Positions 1 to 9,335 of a stretch of DNA of 64,000 nt are shown here, piece by piece. Within the stretch, counting starts at the first letter, position 1. Every line of letters begins with the position of its first letter. The position numbers were made by a program, and so were the translations under genes. The notes beneath the pieces are model-generated. The model made no database searches and was not told where the DNA came from. It was given only the letters and a program-made list of their open reading frames with translations. This DNA is from Chloroflexota bacterium. GTDB taxonomy: Bacteria; Chloroflexota; Dehalococcoidia; UBA2979. The stretch is from NCBI GenBank assembly GCA_027593235.1, contig JAQCIU010000004.1, positions 1 to 64,000 on the forward strand, in the 5' to 3' direction.

Positions 1-62
1 AACCCCCGTTCGCTGATCTTCCCCCCTCAGCGACTCAGACGCGAGCCTCGAAAGACACCAGT

Positions 63-212
63 CACCTAGGTCTCCCCGCGGATGCGACGGTCGCAATGGC
101 GCTGACGTTCGGTTACCCCCGAGACGGCCGCGCCGTGGGACGCGGCGATCGTCGCATAGACGTGGGCGACTTCGTCCGCCGCGGACGCTGGGATGGCCCT
201 TCAGGCCTGTAG
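63..212 (+). pseudogene. C-terminal fragment of a nitroreductase-family gene (5' part missing or interrupted)
   Basis: Frame 3 reads HLGLPADATVAMALTFGYPRDGRAVGRGDRRIDVGDFVRRGRW..stop at 210-212, matching the nitroreductase C-terminal pattern LG.P...h.hGYP...R; upstream in-frame sequence does not look nitroreductase-like. Confidence 0.55.
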
Positions 213-294
213 GGCTGCACCTACTCTCACTCGTACTCCCACTCGAGGGGCTCAGGGTCTTCAGAGACTGATCTGCGTGCCGATGATGTACGCG

Positions 295-1017
295 ATGAGG
301 GTTTCACCGCGCACGCTCCCCGGATTGTCGCTGGCCGTGATTGGCCTGCTTGCCGCTGCCTGTTCGACCTCGAGCGGCGCGGCGACCGCGACCCCGAACG
401 CCGACGGTAGCGCGACCGCTGTCGCGACCGGCGGGCCCGACGCTTCGCCAACCTCGACGCTGCCCGACTGGGTGCAGACGCGGCTGGATGGCGGCGATCT
501 GGACGGCAACGGGATCGACGACGCGCTACAACGTTATGTCGCTAACACAGGCGGCGGTGGCGTGAGTCACCGCACTGCCTGTGAGCCAGAGGCGCGTTTG
601 GACGCGGTCTGGCCGGAAGGTACTGCCCTGGAGGTTGTGCCAACCAGCGGAGATGACTGCGCCGACTGGACGCTGGTCACCGACGGAGAAGTCACAAGCT
701 GGGTGCTGGACAAGTACCTCAGCGACGCGAAGCCGGCGCCCGTGACGGGTGGCGGTGGCGGTGGTGGCAACTCCGGTGGCGGCGCTCCGGGTTGGGTGCA
801 GGTGATCAACTACCAGAGCTGGCTGGTCCCGGTCAGCAAGCTGCGGATCGCCGAGGTTGGCGAGACGTGGTGCGATGCACCCTCGTGGCACGACCCCGTT
901 GGCGGTGACTACGTCGTCGAGACGATCGATGGCACGCCGTTCGTGAACCCCGATCCGCAACGCTGTGGCTTCGGGAAGGTGAGCGAAGTTGCGGTGAGCT
1001 GGGTCGCAGCGCCGTAG
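295..1017 (+). CDS. Putative lipoprotein with SH3-like domain and Gly-rich linkers
   Basis: Signal peptide with lipobox LAAAC, Thr/Pro/Ala linker, DLDGNGIDD motif, GTALEVV..DWTLV..TSWVLDKYL resembles bacterial SH3. Confidence 0.65.
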   Translation: MRVSPRTLPGLSLAVIGLLAAACSTSSGAATATPNADGSATAVATGGPDASPTSTLPDWVQTRLDGGDLDGNGIDDALQRYVANTGGGGVSHRTACEPEARLDAVWPEGTALEVVPTSGDDCADWTLVTDGEVTSWVLDKYLSDAKPAPVTGGGGGGGNSGGGAPGWVQVINYQSWLVPVSKLRIAEVGETWCDAPSWHDPVGGDYVVETIDGTPFVNPDPQRCGFGKVSEVAVSWVAAP

Positions 1018-1107
1018 CAACTGACGGCCGGTCCGGCTCGGACGGCCGCCCCACCTCAATCTGACTGCACACATCGGCAACTGGCGCGGCGGCGACGACC
1101 TCGGCGG

Positions 1108-2258
1108 CTACGCGGCCATCGGGACGCGCGACTGGGCGGCGCCCTCGATGCGATCGAAGATGTCGTCGAGGTTCGGGCCGGTAATCGTCAGTCCGTGGTT
1201 CTTCTGGCCGATCGCCGCACGGCCCGGCTCTGGCGCGGCCGCAACGAGGTCGGCGACTGCGTTCGCCAGTTCGATGGTTCCGCAGGGGTAGTTGATCTGC
1301 GTCGAGACGACGTCCGGCATCCAGGCATGCGCGTGGACGATTGCGCCCACCTCGGGGTGGCGGTGGTAGATCATCCAGTGCTCGATCGCATCGACTGACA
1401 CGCGCGCGGGTTGCGCGAGGTCCGCCGGGACGCTGAGACGCATCGATCGGGCCTCGATGTCGAACCCGGTGACGAGGAGCATGTCGCGACCGATGGTGGT
1501 CATCGCGGACTTGTCGACGCCGCTTCCGCTCATCCAAAATGTCGACGCGTCACGCCGCACGCTGAGGTTGCCGTAGCTGAGGCCACCGATACTGAAGAGC
1601 ATCCGCACGTGCCGCAGTTCGCGCGGACCGAGGATCTCCTCGAGCGGGAACGGCGCCGGGAGCAGGCCCAGCTCGTCGAGGCGCTGACCGGCCCGCGCGA
1701 GACCGCGCGTGAACTCATCGCCGGTTGCGGCATCAAGCGGCAGGTCGGGCTCGAACTCGTTCGCGATGACGAGCCGTGACAGCGCGAGTGGGGCGACATG
1801 GTCGTAGACGGAGTCGAAATAGGCGTCTGGTGCATCGTCGGTGATCTCGTAGACGCCCTGCTCGAGGGTGAGGAAGACCGGGCGCGGCAGGCCGGTACCG
1901 GGCAGCAGGTAGAGACCGAGATTGGCGAGCGACCGTACGAGGTAGGGGTACGCGGCTGCGAGCAGATCCGGGGGCCGTGACGGCGCCTCCACGATGCCGA
2001 CGACGAAGGTCGCCGCGTTGCCGCGCCGGAACGGACGCGGATCGTCGTGCGAGGTGACGTGGAGGACCACGCGGGTGTCGGCGGAGGGGACGCGGTGCTC
2101 CGGATGCCCGGCGGCGCGCATGCGCGATCGCAGGCCCTCGATGAACTGCCGGCCCTCGGGGGTCCCCGTTCGCCGTGCACGGCGAACGGGGCTTCGGCGG
2201 GCTGTACCGGGGTGCGAATCAGCGCATCGATCTGCGCGAGGTTGCCAGTCGCCGACAT
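1108..2258 (-). CDS. Class II aldolase/adducin family protein (apparent frameshift at 2158-2167)
   Basis: GNLSVR, SVDAIEHW, HAHAW, NHGLT motifs; plausible N-terminus MSATGNLAQ..FAVHGE lies in another frame from ATG 2258. Confidence 0.75.
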
Positions 2259-2491
2259 CGTTCGTTCCCGTCGCTTCCGCACTACCGGGAGGTCTCGCCG
2301 CGTCCTCGGCTCCCCGAATCACCTGCGGGATTGGGGAGCGGATCGGGGGGCGTGGCCATCCTCGTGACCGAATTTCGACGGATCCGTCAGAAAACAGATC
2401 GGGTATCCCCCGACGACGCGCCATTCAACCGCCGTAGGGCGGCGATAGAGCGAGGTTCGAGTGAGTTACGGGGTGTCGCGCGACGGGGACG

Positions 2492-3046
2492 CTATCCGCT
2501 GTAGGACCAGCCAGTGACCACTGAGGTCAGCGGTTCGCCGCTGCCCTCGACACGAGCATCGAGCACCCGCGCGACGACGAGGACGTGGTCGCCGACCTCG
2601 AGGAACTGCTCCGCCTCCGCCTCGATCCAGGCGAGCGCGTCATCGAGGATCGGACAGCCGCTCGCATTGAGACGGAAATCGACGTCGGCGAGCTTGTCGT
2701 GCCGAACGGCGGCGGCCCCGTCACTGCGGCCCTGGATCTTGGCACCGGAGGTGGGTTGGACGAAGCTGCGCGCCAGCGACATGCTTTCGTCGTCCAGCAG
2801 GTTGACGGTCAACGCACGATTCGCCCGGATATTGGCGAGGTTCGACGAGTCGCGCTCGAAGGCGACGCCGATCAACCGTGGGCTGAACGACATCTGCATC
2901 ACCCAGTCGGCGATCATGCCGTTCGGGCGGCCGCCGCCGGATGATCCGATCACGTAGATGCCGTATGGCAGCTCGTGCATGGCGTCCTGGACCCGCTCGT
3001 CCGGGGTCTTTGGACCGCGCACGTGTCCGGGCATCTGATCGGTCAT
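2492..3046 (-). CDS. Flavin reductase family protein
   Basis: LPYGIYVIG, SFSPRLIGV, GCPIL, GDHVLVVA motifs; GAGGGG RBS before ATG 3046. Confidence 0.9.
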   Translation of the reverse strand: MTDQMPGHVRGPKTPDERVQDAMHELPYGIYVIGSSGGGRPNGMIADWVMQMSFSPRLIGVAFERDSSNLANIRANRALTVNLLDDESMSLARSFVQPTSGAKIQGRSDGAAAVRHDKLADVDFRLNASGCPILDDALAWIEAEAEQFLEVGDHVLVVARVLDARVEGSGEPLTSVVTGWSYSG

Positions 3047-3206
3047 GTGCACCCCTCGGTGGATCCGGGCCGGCGTCGGGTGGCGCCGAGCGTGATTCAC
3101 GCTCCCGTACAATTCCGACGATACCGTGCCCCGAATCCGCGGACCACGCGCGGCCGCTCGGCGACCGCGCGGTCGTCGGTCCTCGGGCGCAGCGAGTGGA
3201 GGCAAC

Positions 3207-4229
3207 GTGCGGCTGAGCGTGCTGGACCAGAGCCCGATCCGCGAGGGCGGGACCGCCACCGAGGCCGTGCGGGAAACGATCGCCCTCGCGCGCGCCGTCG
3301 ACGCGATGGGGTACCACCGCTACTGGCTGGCGGAACACCACGACAGCAACGGCCTGGCGTGCGCCGCGCCGGAGGTTCTGATTCCTCAGGTGGCGGCGGA
3401 GACGCGACGGATCCGGGTCGGATCGGGCGGCGTGATGCTCTCGCATTACAGCCCGCTCAAGGTCGCGGAGGTGTTCCGGATGCTGGAGACGCTCCACCCA
3501 GGTCGCATCGACCTCGGGATTGGGCGCGCGCCGGGAAGCAGCCACCACGTCGCGAACGCGCTGGCGTTCGGGCCCGGGGCGGTCCCGCTAGAGCAGTATC
3601 CGCATCAGGTCGCCGACCTCGTTGGGTACCTGGCGAACGATCTGCCGGAGGGCCACCCGTTCTTCGGGATTCAGGCGCAGCCAGCCGGTGCCGGACAGCC
3701 AGAGATGTGGATGCTGGGATCGTCGCTGGAGAGCGCCCAGATCGCGGCGGCCCTCGGGCTGCCCTATTCGTACGCGCACTTCATCAACCCGGAGGCCGGC
3801 GCGCGGGCGATTGCGCTGTACCGCGAGCGTTACGAGCCGTCGACGCGCTACCCGGAGCCGCGCGTTTCGGCGGGGGTCTCGGCGCTTTGCGCCCCGACTG
3901 AGGAAGAGGCGGTCCAGCTGTCCTGGAGCCGCTACTGCATGCGGTTCCGCCGGCTCGGCGTTCCTTCGGTGGAGACGGCGCTCGCGTTCGACTACAGCCC
4001 GGCGGAGCTCGACTACATCGTCTATTCGCGCTCGCGAGCCGCGATCGGCGATCCGGCGATGGTCAAGGCACGCCTCGAGGCGCTCGCGACCGAGCTGGAC
4101 GTCGACGAGCTAGTGTTGCTGACGATCACCTACGACTTCGCGCACCGGGTGCGCTCGTACGAACTGATCGCCGAAGCATTCGGGCTCGAGGCGGAGCACG
4201 CCGTCGATCGGGTGAACTCGACCGCATAA
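3207..4229 (+). CDS. LLM class flavin-dependent oxidoreductase (luciferase-like)
   Basis: LSVLDQSP, WLAEHH, RIRVGSGGVMLSHYSP, GRIDLGIGRAPG; GGAGG before GTG 3207. Confidence 0.93.
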   Translation: MRLSVLDQSPIREGGTATEAVRETIALARAVDAMGYHRYWLAEHHDSNGLACAAPEVLIPQVAAETRRIRVGSGGVMLSHYSPLKVAEVFRMLETLHPGRIDLGIGRAPGSSHHVANALAFGPGAVPLEQYPHQVADLVGYLANDLPEGHPFFGIQAQPAGAGQPEMWMLGSSLESAQIAAALGLPYSYAHFINPEAGARAIALYRERYEPSTRYPEPRVSAGVSALCAPTEEEAVQLSWSRYCMRFRRLGVPSVETALAFDYSPAELDYIVYSRSRAAIGDPAMVKARLEALATELDVDELVLLTITYDFAHRVRSYELIAEAFGLEAEHAVDRVNSTA

Positions 4230-4281
4230 CCGCTAGCCCACGCCGGTGCGATCTCGGCGGGCCGCTCTACAATTGAGCGCG

Positions 4282-4674
4282 ATGGATCGACAAATCAACG
4301 ACCACCCGCAGCCACGCCGCGACGCGCTCGCCGGTGGGACACCTGCGCTCTACCTCGCGCTGGGTATCGGCGTGATCACCGGCGGGTCGGTCGTGCTGGT
4401 GATGGTGCTGATCGCGCTCTCTATTGGCGCGATCGGCGGACTGGGTACCGGCGTCTCGAGCTTGTTCGCGATGGTCGGAGTCTCAGTTGCCTTCTGGTTG
4501 GGTAAGTCGATCGGCGTGATCGCGGGGCTCTCCGCCGGGTTCCGCGCCTGGGTCGCCCTCTACCCCGCCTACGAACGACGCCGCGAAACCGCCGAACGGC
4601 GGGCCGCGGTCAGCGAGGCCGAACTGTTGCTACGGCGACCACCAGATCCGCACGCGCCGCTGGAGCGCCGCTAG
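4282..4674 (+). CDS. Hypothetical membrane protein
   Basis: Two long hydrophobic segments; TACAAT 8 nt upstream of ATG. Confidence 0.6.
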   Translation: MDRQINDHPQPRRDALAGGTPALYLALGIGVITGGSVVLVMVLIALSIGAIGGLGTGVSSLFAMVGVSVAFWLGKSIGVIAGLSAGFRAWVALYPAYERRRETAERRAAVSEAELLLRRPPDPHAPLERR

Positions 4675-5183
4675 CCGATCGGCTTCGACAATCCCTCGAT
4701 CGCCTGCGCACCCGGGAGCGCGAGCAAGAGCGCCGGCGGGACCCGCAGCTTCTGGGACCGGCTGCCACCACCGATCACCACCGTCTCGAGGTCGAGCACG
4801 AGCTGGTCGATGTAGATCGGCAGATCCGCGGGCAACCCGAACGGCGTGACGCCGCCGATCATCATCCCAGTGAGCGCCGCTGTCTCCTCGGCAGACGCGA
4901 ACGAGGCCTTTCGTACGTCCAGCAGCCGGCGCACGGTGCCGTTCACGTCCAGCCGTGTATGGCTCAGCACCAGGCACGCCGCGTAGCGAAACGGCTCTTT
5001 CTTCGACGCGACCACGATGCAGTTACCGCTCTCCTCGAGCGCCACGCCGTAGCGCTCGCAGAAGGCGGCGGTATCGGCGAGATCGGGGTCGCACTCGATG
5101 ACCTCGTAGGGCTGTCCCAACGCATCAATCGAGGTGAGCACGTGACCGCCGGGATCGAGCGCCACCTGGTCGACCGAGGTCAC
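4671..5183 (-). CDS. YbaK/EbsC family aminoacyl-tRNA deacylase-like protein
   Basis: RKASFA, TGMMIGGVTPFG, GGGSR motifs; GTG start overlaps upstream stop (GTGA). Confidence 0.88.
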   Translation of the reverse strand: MTSVDQVALDPGGHVLTSIDALGQPYEVIECDPDLADTAAFCERYGVALEESGNCIVVASKKEPFRYAACLVLSHTRLDVNGTVRRLLDVRKASFASAEETAALTGMMIGGVTPFGLPADLPIYIDQLVLDLETVVIGGGSRSQKLRVPPALLLALPGAQAIEGLSKPIG

Positions 5184-5707
5184 GCGTGGAGCTCCGCCTG
5201 GCGAGGCAGCCCAGACAGCGTGAAGGCGGTGTCGACCAGCGCCTCGGCTTCCTCGATCTCGCTCTCGACGGTGAGGAAGCGGTCTTCGTCGCCGTAGACC
5301 AGCTTGTGCCGGACGTTCCCCAGGTACTCGACCCGCTCGATCCGGCGAAGGTCGTGCCAGGTGAATGCCTCCAGCACGCGGCCATGGTGCAACGCAACCA
5401 CGCCCTGCCCGCGCAACGCGATCGAGGTGGCCGAGCCGCGCCAGGTCAGCAGGACGACCGGGACCATAATCAGCGTGACCACACCGAGGAAGAGCCCGAA
5501 TCCCAACGCCTCGCCGTTGCCGATCAGCAGGCCGGCGCCCGCCGAGATGATGAAACCGAGGAACGGCAACGCGAACGACGCGTTCTGCCACCAGTGCGAA
5601 TCGTTGATGAAGACGCGCAGGAGATCGGGCATCTCCGCGACAACGACGGCGTCTCGGTCGTCGAGCGCCTCGATCGCGGGGAGTGACTCGGTCGGCGGTT
5701 CGGACAT
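5180..5707 (-). CDS. Hypothetical membrane protein (2 TM plus PH-like C-terminal domain)
   Basis: Two TM helices followed by a beta-rich segment with FTWHDLRRIE; coupled to ybaK-like gene. Confidence 0.65.
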   Translation of the reverse strand: MSEPPTESLPAIEALDDRDAVVVAEMPDLLRVFINDSHWWQNASFALPFLGFIISAGAGLLIGNGEALGFGLFLGVVTLIMVPVVLLTWRGSATSIALRGQGVVALHHGRVLEAFTWHDLRRIERVEYLGNVRHKLVYGDEDRFLTVESEIEEAEALVDTAFTLSGLPRQAELHA

Positions 5708-5776
5708 GGGGCGATGATCGCCCCCTGCTCCGCTCGCGGCAACCATCCGGCGTGCGCTCCGCCGACCCGCCGCGGA

Positions 5777-8518
5777 CTAGCCGGAGGTCTTGGCCGCAAC
5801 GTCCTCGGGGTTGAACAGCTCGTAGTGCTTCTGGAGCACGGCCTCGGCGAGGCGGCCGCGGACGCCGTCACCGGCGATCGCAGGCACTTCGATCATCTCG
5901 TAGGACCAGGACAACGCGCCGACCACCCAGGTGCGGTCAGCCAGCGCCTGCAGCATGCCTTCCATCTGGCGCGCCTGCTGGTATTCGCCAGTCGGATCAC
6001 CGGCGGACGGCGTCGATGGTGCCTGGAGCTGGTAGATGAAGACCGGTCGCTCCCAGGCGTCGTGGATCGGATCGAGTCGGCTCGCGAAGAGCGCGTCATA
6101 GGCGGCGCGCCACTGCGCAACACTCGCCGAGGCGCCCAGTGACGGGTGCCCAGTATCGAAGGTGGTCACACCCACGAGATCAGCCGCCCCGGGCGCATCC
6201 ATGCCGGTCTCGCCGCCATGGACCAGGATCTGCCCGTGGAACCGCTCGCGGACCTCGGCGATCAGTTCGATCAGGCGCTGGTCGAAGGCGTCGAAGCTCT
6301 GCTGCGACGGGAACCAACCTGACTGGTCGAAGACGTGGAAGGTCGGCCCGGGGAGCAAGAGAATGTCGGCGTTGATGTCGTCGGCGACTTCTGCGTTCCA
6401 GAGCCAGACGCGCTCGGCCTCAATCAGCCACGCGTCCAGCCACGCCTGCGACTTGGGCCCGGCCAGCGAGGAGCCGTCCGGCGTCATCTCCATGTTGAAC
6501 TGGGGCGCCAGTACAAGCGGAACCTTGTTGCGTCGTGCATCCGCCGCCTGCTGGAGCAGCGCATCGCGCGGTGTCGCCACCGAGGGGGCAAGCAGCGCGC
6601 GGTTCTCAACGAACGGCTCCGGCTGCGTGCGGCCGTAACTCCAGATGGAGGAGAGTGCCGCCAACGCGGTGCTGCGGCCCTCGAGGGCGTCCGTGGTCGA
6701 CGAGGTGAGCGCCGCGAAGCCGGGGCTCCAGAAGTCGGGCAGGTAGTACCCGCCCTGGAATCGCTCGTCTCGGGAGATCACGTTCGGAAGCTCGCCGGCC
6801 CAGCCGCTCACCCAGGAGTCGACCGTCTCCTCGGCGAAGGCGACCGTGAACTCGGGTTCGAGGACGGAGATGCTCGACTCGGCACCGCCACCCTCGCGTT
6901 CGATATTGAAGGAGTAAGTGCCAGCAGGGAGCGTCGCCGTGCCCTCGTACAGCGTCGGATCGCCCGCGGCCGCGCTGAGCACCACCCCGGCTTCGAGGTC
7001 GCCCGTGCCGATGAGTGTGAGGACGCTGCCACTGTTCGTAGTGCCAGCGGCTACCGAGATCCGGAAGCGGACCTCGGCGAGCGCGTCCTTCTCCAGGAAT
7101 GGGATACCTGGCCGGCCGACCCAATCCGTCACCGTGATGCCGAATGCAGTGTCCGTCGCCGGCACCTCAAGCGTCCGCCGTCCCTCGGGCGCGTCGTCCG
7201 AGGCGTCCGCACCGGCAGTGACGGCGTCACCCAACCGCAGCGCGTAATCCAGCACCTCGCCCGGCTTTCCATACAGCACGGTGCTCCACTGACCGTTCCC
7301 GTCGGGGACCATCCAGTGGCCGGGCCCCATCACGAACTGCACCGGCACGTCGGGCGGGGTGTTATCCGGCACGCGAGTGCGGAGGACGACCTCGGTCGCT
7401 CCGACCGGCCGAAAGGCGTCGATTTGGTCGGTACGCGTGCGCGCGGCGCGGCTCGCGATGAAAGAGCGGGCGGTCTGGTCGCCGTCCATCTGTTGTTCGC
7501 TGCTCAAGCCGGGACCAGCGAGGGTGTAGCGGTAGGTCACCGATTGCCCCTCGTAGAGGTTCAGCGCGAATTGGACGCGTTCCGTCTCGCGGCCGCGAAC
7601 CGGACTGGCGAGTGGAATCGCGAGGCCATTCGGTTCGCCAGGGGCGGTGTAGTACTGGCCGCCGGTCTGCCAGGCGGTTCCGTAGAGTTTGACCACGGCA
7701 CCTGCCGGGAAGTCCTCCGGCAGCACGGTCTGGATCTGGATGGTGATGGCGCGTGCCGGTGCGACCTCGAACGTACTGCGGGCATCGGCCCCCGTACGGA
7801 CGGTCACGGGCAACGAGGCCGCCTGGTAGTCCCCGCTGCCGCGATGCACCGTCACGAGGTGTTCCCCGGCGACGACGCCGTCCAGACGGTAGCGACCATC
7901 GAAGTCGGTGGCGGTGTGCATCCCCGCGACGCCGATCTCCGCGTCCATCACCGGCAGTCCGGTGACGGCGTCGTTGACCACGCCGCTGACGGACCCAACG
8001 GAGGGATCCGAGGGCGCGTCGGTCCACGTCGCGACGGTGTCGTGTACCTCGGTGAGTTCCGGTCCCACCTGGATAATGCGCCAGATCATCTCGAGGCCCG
8101 GCGCGGCGGCCTCGCGGCGCGCGACGAGCGACTCGAAATCAGCGAGGTCGCCGCGGTCGTAGACGTAGCGCGCGAGTGCGCCTTCCTCGAGTGGGACGGT
8201 CGCGGTCCAGGTGTCGCCGCCGGCCTGCGTCAGCACGACGCTGCGCGCGATCTCCCACTGGCTGGCACCGAAGACGCGGACGACGACCGGACCGACGGTC
8301 CCGGCGGGGACCTGCACGGAGAAGGCGACATCCCGCGTGGGCAGGGAGTACGGGGAGACCAAGTCCGCCTCGGCCGTGGCGGACGGGGCGTCCGGCGTCA
8401 CGGTCGCGCCCGGGGTGCCGGTCGTCGCGGGCGGCGTATCCCCGCCGCTACAGGCGGCGAGCAGCAGCGCGGAGATGATCGGCGCAAGCTGCAACATGAA
8501 ACGGCGTCGAAGGGTCAT
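5777..8518 (-). CDS. Large multidomain lipoprotein: CBM20-like repeats, carboxypeptidase-regulatory-like domain, C-terminal GH113-like TIM barrel
   Basis: Lipobox LLAAC; repeated V.F.V.VP..T / W...V.L..G...Y.Y modules; GSVSGVV.DA.TG.P..TDFDGRY.L; C-terminal alternating alpha/beta domain. Confidence 0.65.
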   Translation of the reverse strand: MTLRRRFMLQLAPIISALLLAACSGGDTPPATTGTPGATVTPDAPSATAEADLVSPYSLPTRDVAFSVQVPAGTVGPVVVRVFGASQWEIARSVVLTQAGGDTWTATVPLEEGALARYVYDRGDLADFESLVARREAAAPGLEMIWRIIQVGPELTEVHDTVATWTDAPSDPSVGSVSGVVNDAVTGLPVMDAEIGVAGMHTATDFDGRYRLDGVVAGEHLVTVHRGSGDYQAASLPVTVRTGADARSTFEVAPARAITIQIQTVLPEDFPAGAVVKLYGTAWQTGGQYYTAPGEPNGLAIPLASPVRGRETERVQFALNLYEGQSVTYRYTLAGPGLSSEQQMDGDQTARSFIASRAARTRTDQIDAFRPVGATEVVLRTRVPDNTPPDVPVQFVMGPGHWMVPDGNGQWSTVLYGKPGEVLDYALRLGDAVTAGADASDDAPEGRRTLEVPATDTAFGITVTDWVGRPGIPFLEKDALAEVRFRISVAAGTTNSGSVLTLIGTGDLEAGVVLSAAAGDPTLYEGTATLPAGTYSFNIEREGGGAESSISVLEPEFTVAFAEETVDSWVSGWAGELPNVISRDERFQGGYYLPDFWSPGFAALTSSTTDALEGRSTALAALSSIWSYGRTQPEPFVENRALLAPSVATPRDALLQQAADARRNKVPLVLAPQFNMEMTPDGSSLAGPKSQAWLDAWLIEAERVWLWNAEVADDINADILLLPGPTFHVFDQSGWFPSQQSFDAFDQRLIELIAEVRERFHGQILVHGGETGMDAPGAADLVGVTTFDTGHPSLGASASVAQWRAAYDALFASRLDPIHDAWERPVFIYQLQAPSTPSAGDPTGEYQQARQMEGMLQALADRTWVVGALSWSYEMIEVPAIAGDGVRGRLAEAVLQKHYELFNPEDVAAKTSG

Positions 8519-8631
8519 CGGTCCTGCTCCCCGCTCTCTCTGAGCGTCGGCGAGCGGCTTCCGTGAGCACAGGGGGACTCCCCGATATGGTCGTGGCACG
8601 GCCGCTGTGCAGCGGCGAAGGGACGGGTGCG

Positions 8632-9306
8632 ATGGAACTCAAGTCACCAGATCAAACGGGCCTCTTCGAGGCGCTGTACTCCAGCCGTGCGCTGCGGCGG
8701 TTCACCGACCGCGCGGTGCCGGACGACGTGCTGTTCCAGGTCGTCGATGCCGCGATTCGCGCACCGGCGGGCGGGAACATGCAAGTCTGGCATTTCCTGG
8801 TGGTGCGCGATGAGGCGAAGCGAAAGCGTATCGGTGAGCTGTACTGGCAGACGTGGACCGACTACGGCAAGCAGTACGTGGACGATCCCGCGAACATCGA
8901 CGCGCTTCCGCGCCAGATGCGGCTGGTCGTCCGATCGACCGACGACCTGGCGAGGAACATTGGCCAGGTGCCGGTCCACCTCTTCGTCTGTGGCCGCGAG
9001 GGATCCCAGGGGACGATCTATCCGGCGGTCCAGAACGTGGCGCTGGCATGCCGTGGACTGGGGCTCGGCACGGTGATCACGGGGTTCCACCGCCGCTGGG
9101 ACGACGAGATCCGCGAACTCCTCGGCATACCCGAGGATCAGGTGCCCTTCGCGCTGATGCCGATCGGCTATCCGTCCGACCAGATCGGCCCGGTTGGGCG
9201 CCGTCCGGTGAAGAAGGCGGCGAGCCTGGACACGTGGGGCGCCTCATGGCCGTTCGCCGAGGAGCAGCCCGACGAGGGCTGGCGTGACCGCTGGGTCAAG
9301 CCGTAG
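8632..9306 (+). CDS. Nitroreductase family protein
   Basis: RALRRFTDRAVP, APAGGNMQVWHF, LGLGT, LMPIGYP. Confidence 0.92.
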   Translation: MELKSPDQTGLFEALYSSRALRRFTDRAVPDDVLFQVVDAAIRAPAGGNMQVWHFLVVRDEAKRKRIGELYWQTWTDYGKQYVDDPANIDALPRQMRLVVRSTDDLARNIGQVPVHLFVCGREGSQGTIYPAVQNVALACRGLGLGTVITGFHRRWDDEIRELLGIPEDQVPFALMPIGYPSDQIGPVGRRPVKKAASLDTWGASWPFAEEQPDEGWRDRWVKP

Positions 9307-9335
9307 CCGCTGTCGCTGGCCGCCGGCGCGGGGCG

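Noticed and set aside
748-786. GGTGGC tandem repeats
   Set aside because: Encodes the poly-Gly linker of the lipoprotein
6335-8566. Long antisense ORFs (e.g. 6335-8566, 10707-12293, 22550-24049, 48262-49968)
   Set aside because: They shadow well-supported genes on the opposite strand and are expected from stop-codon scarcity at high GC
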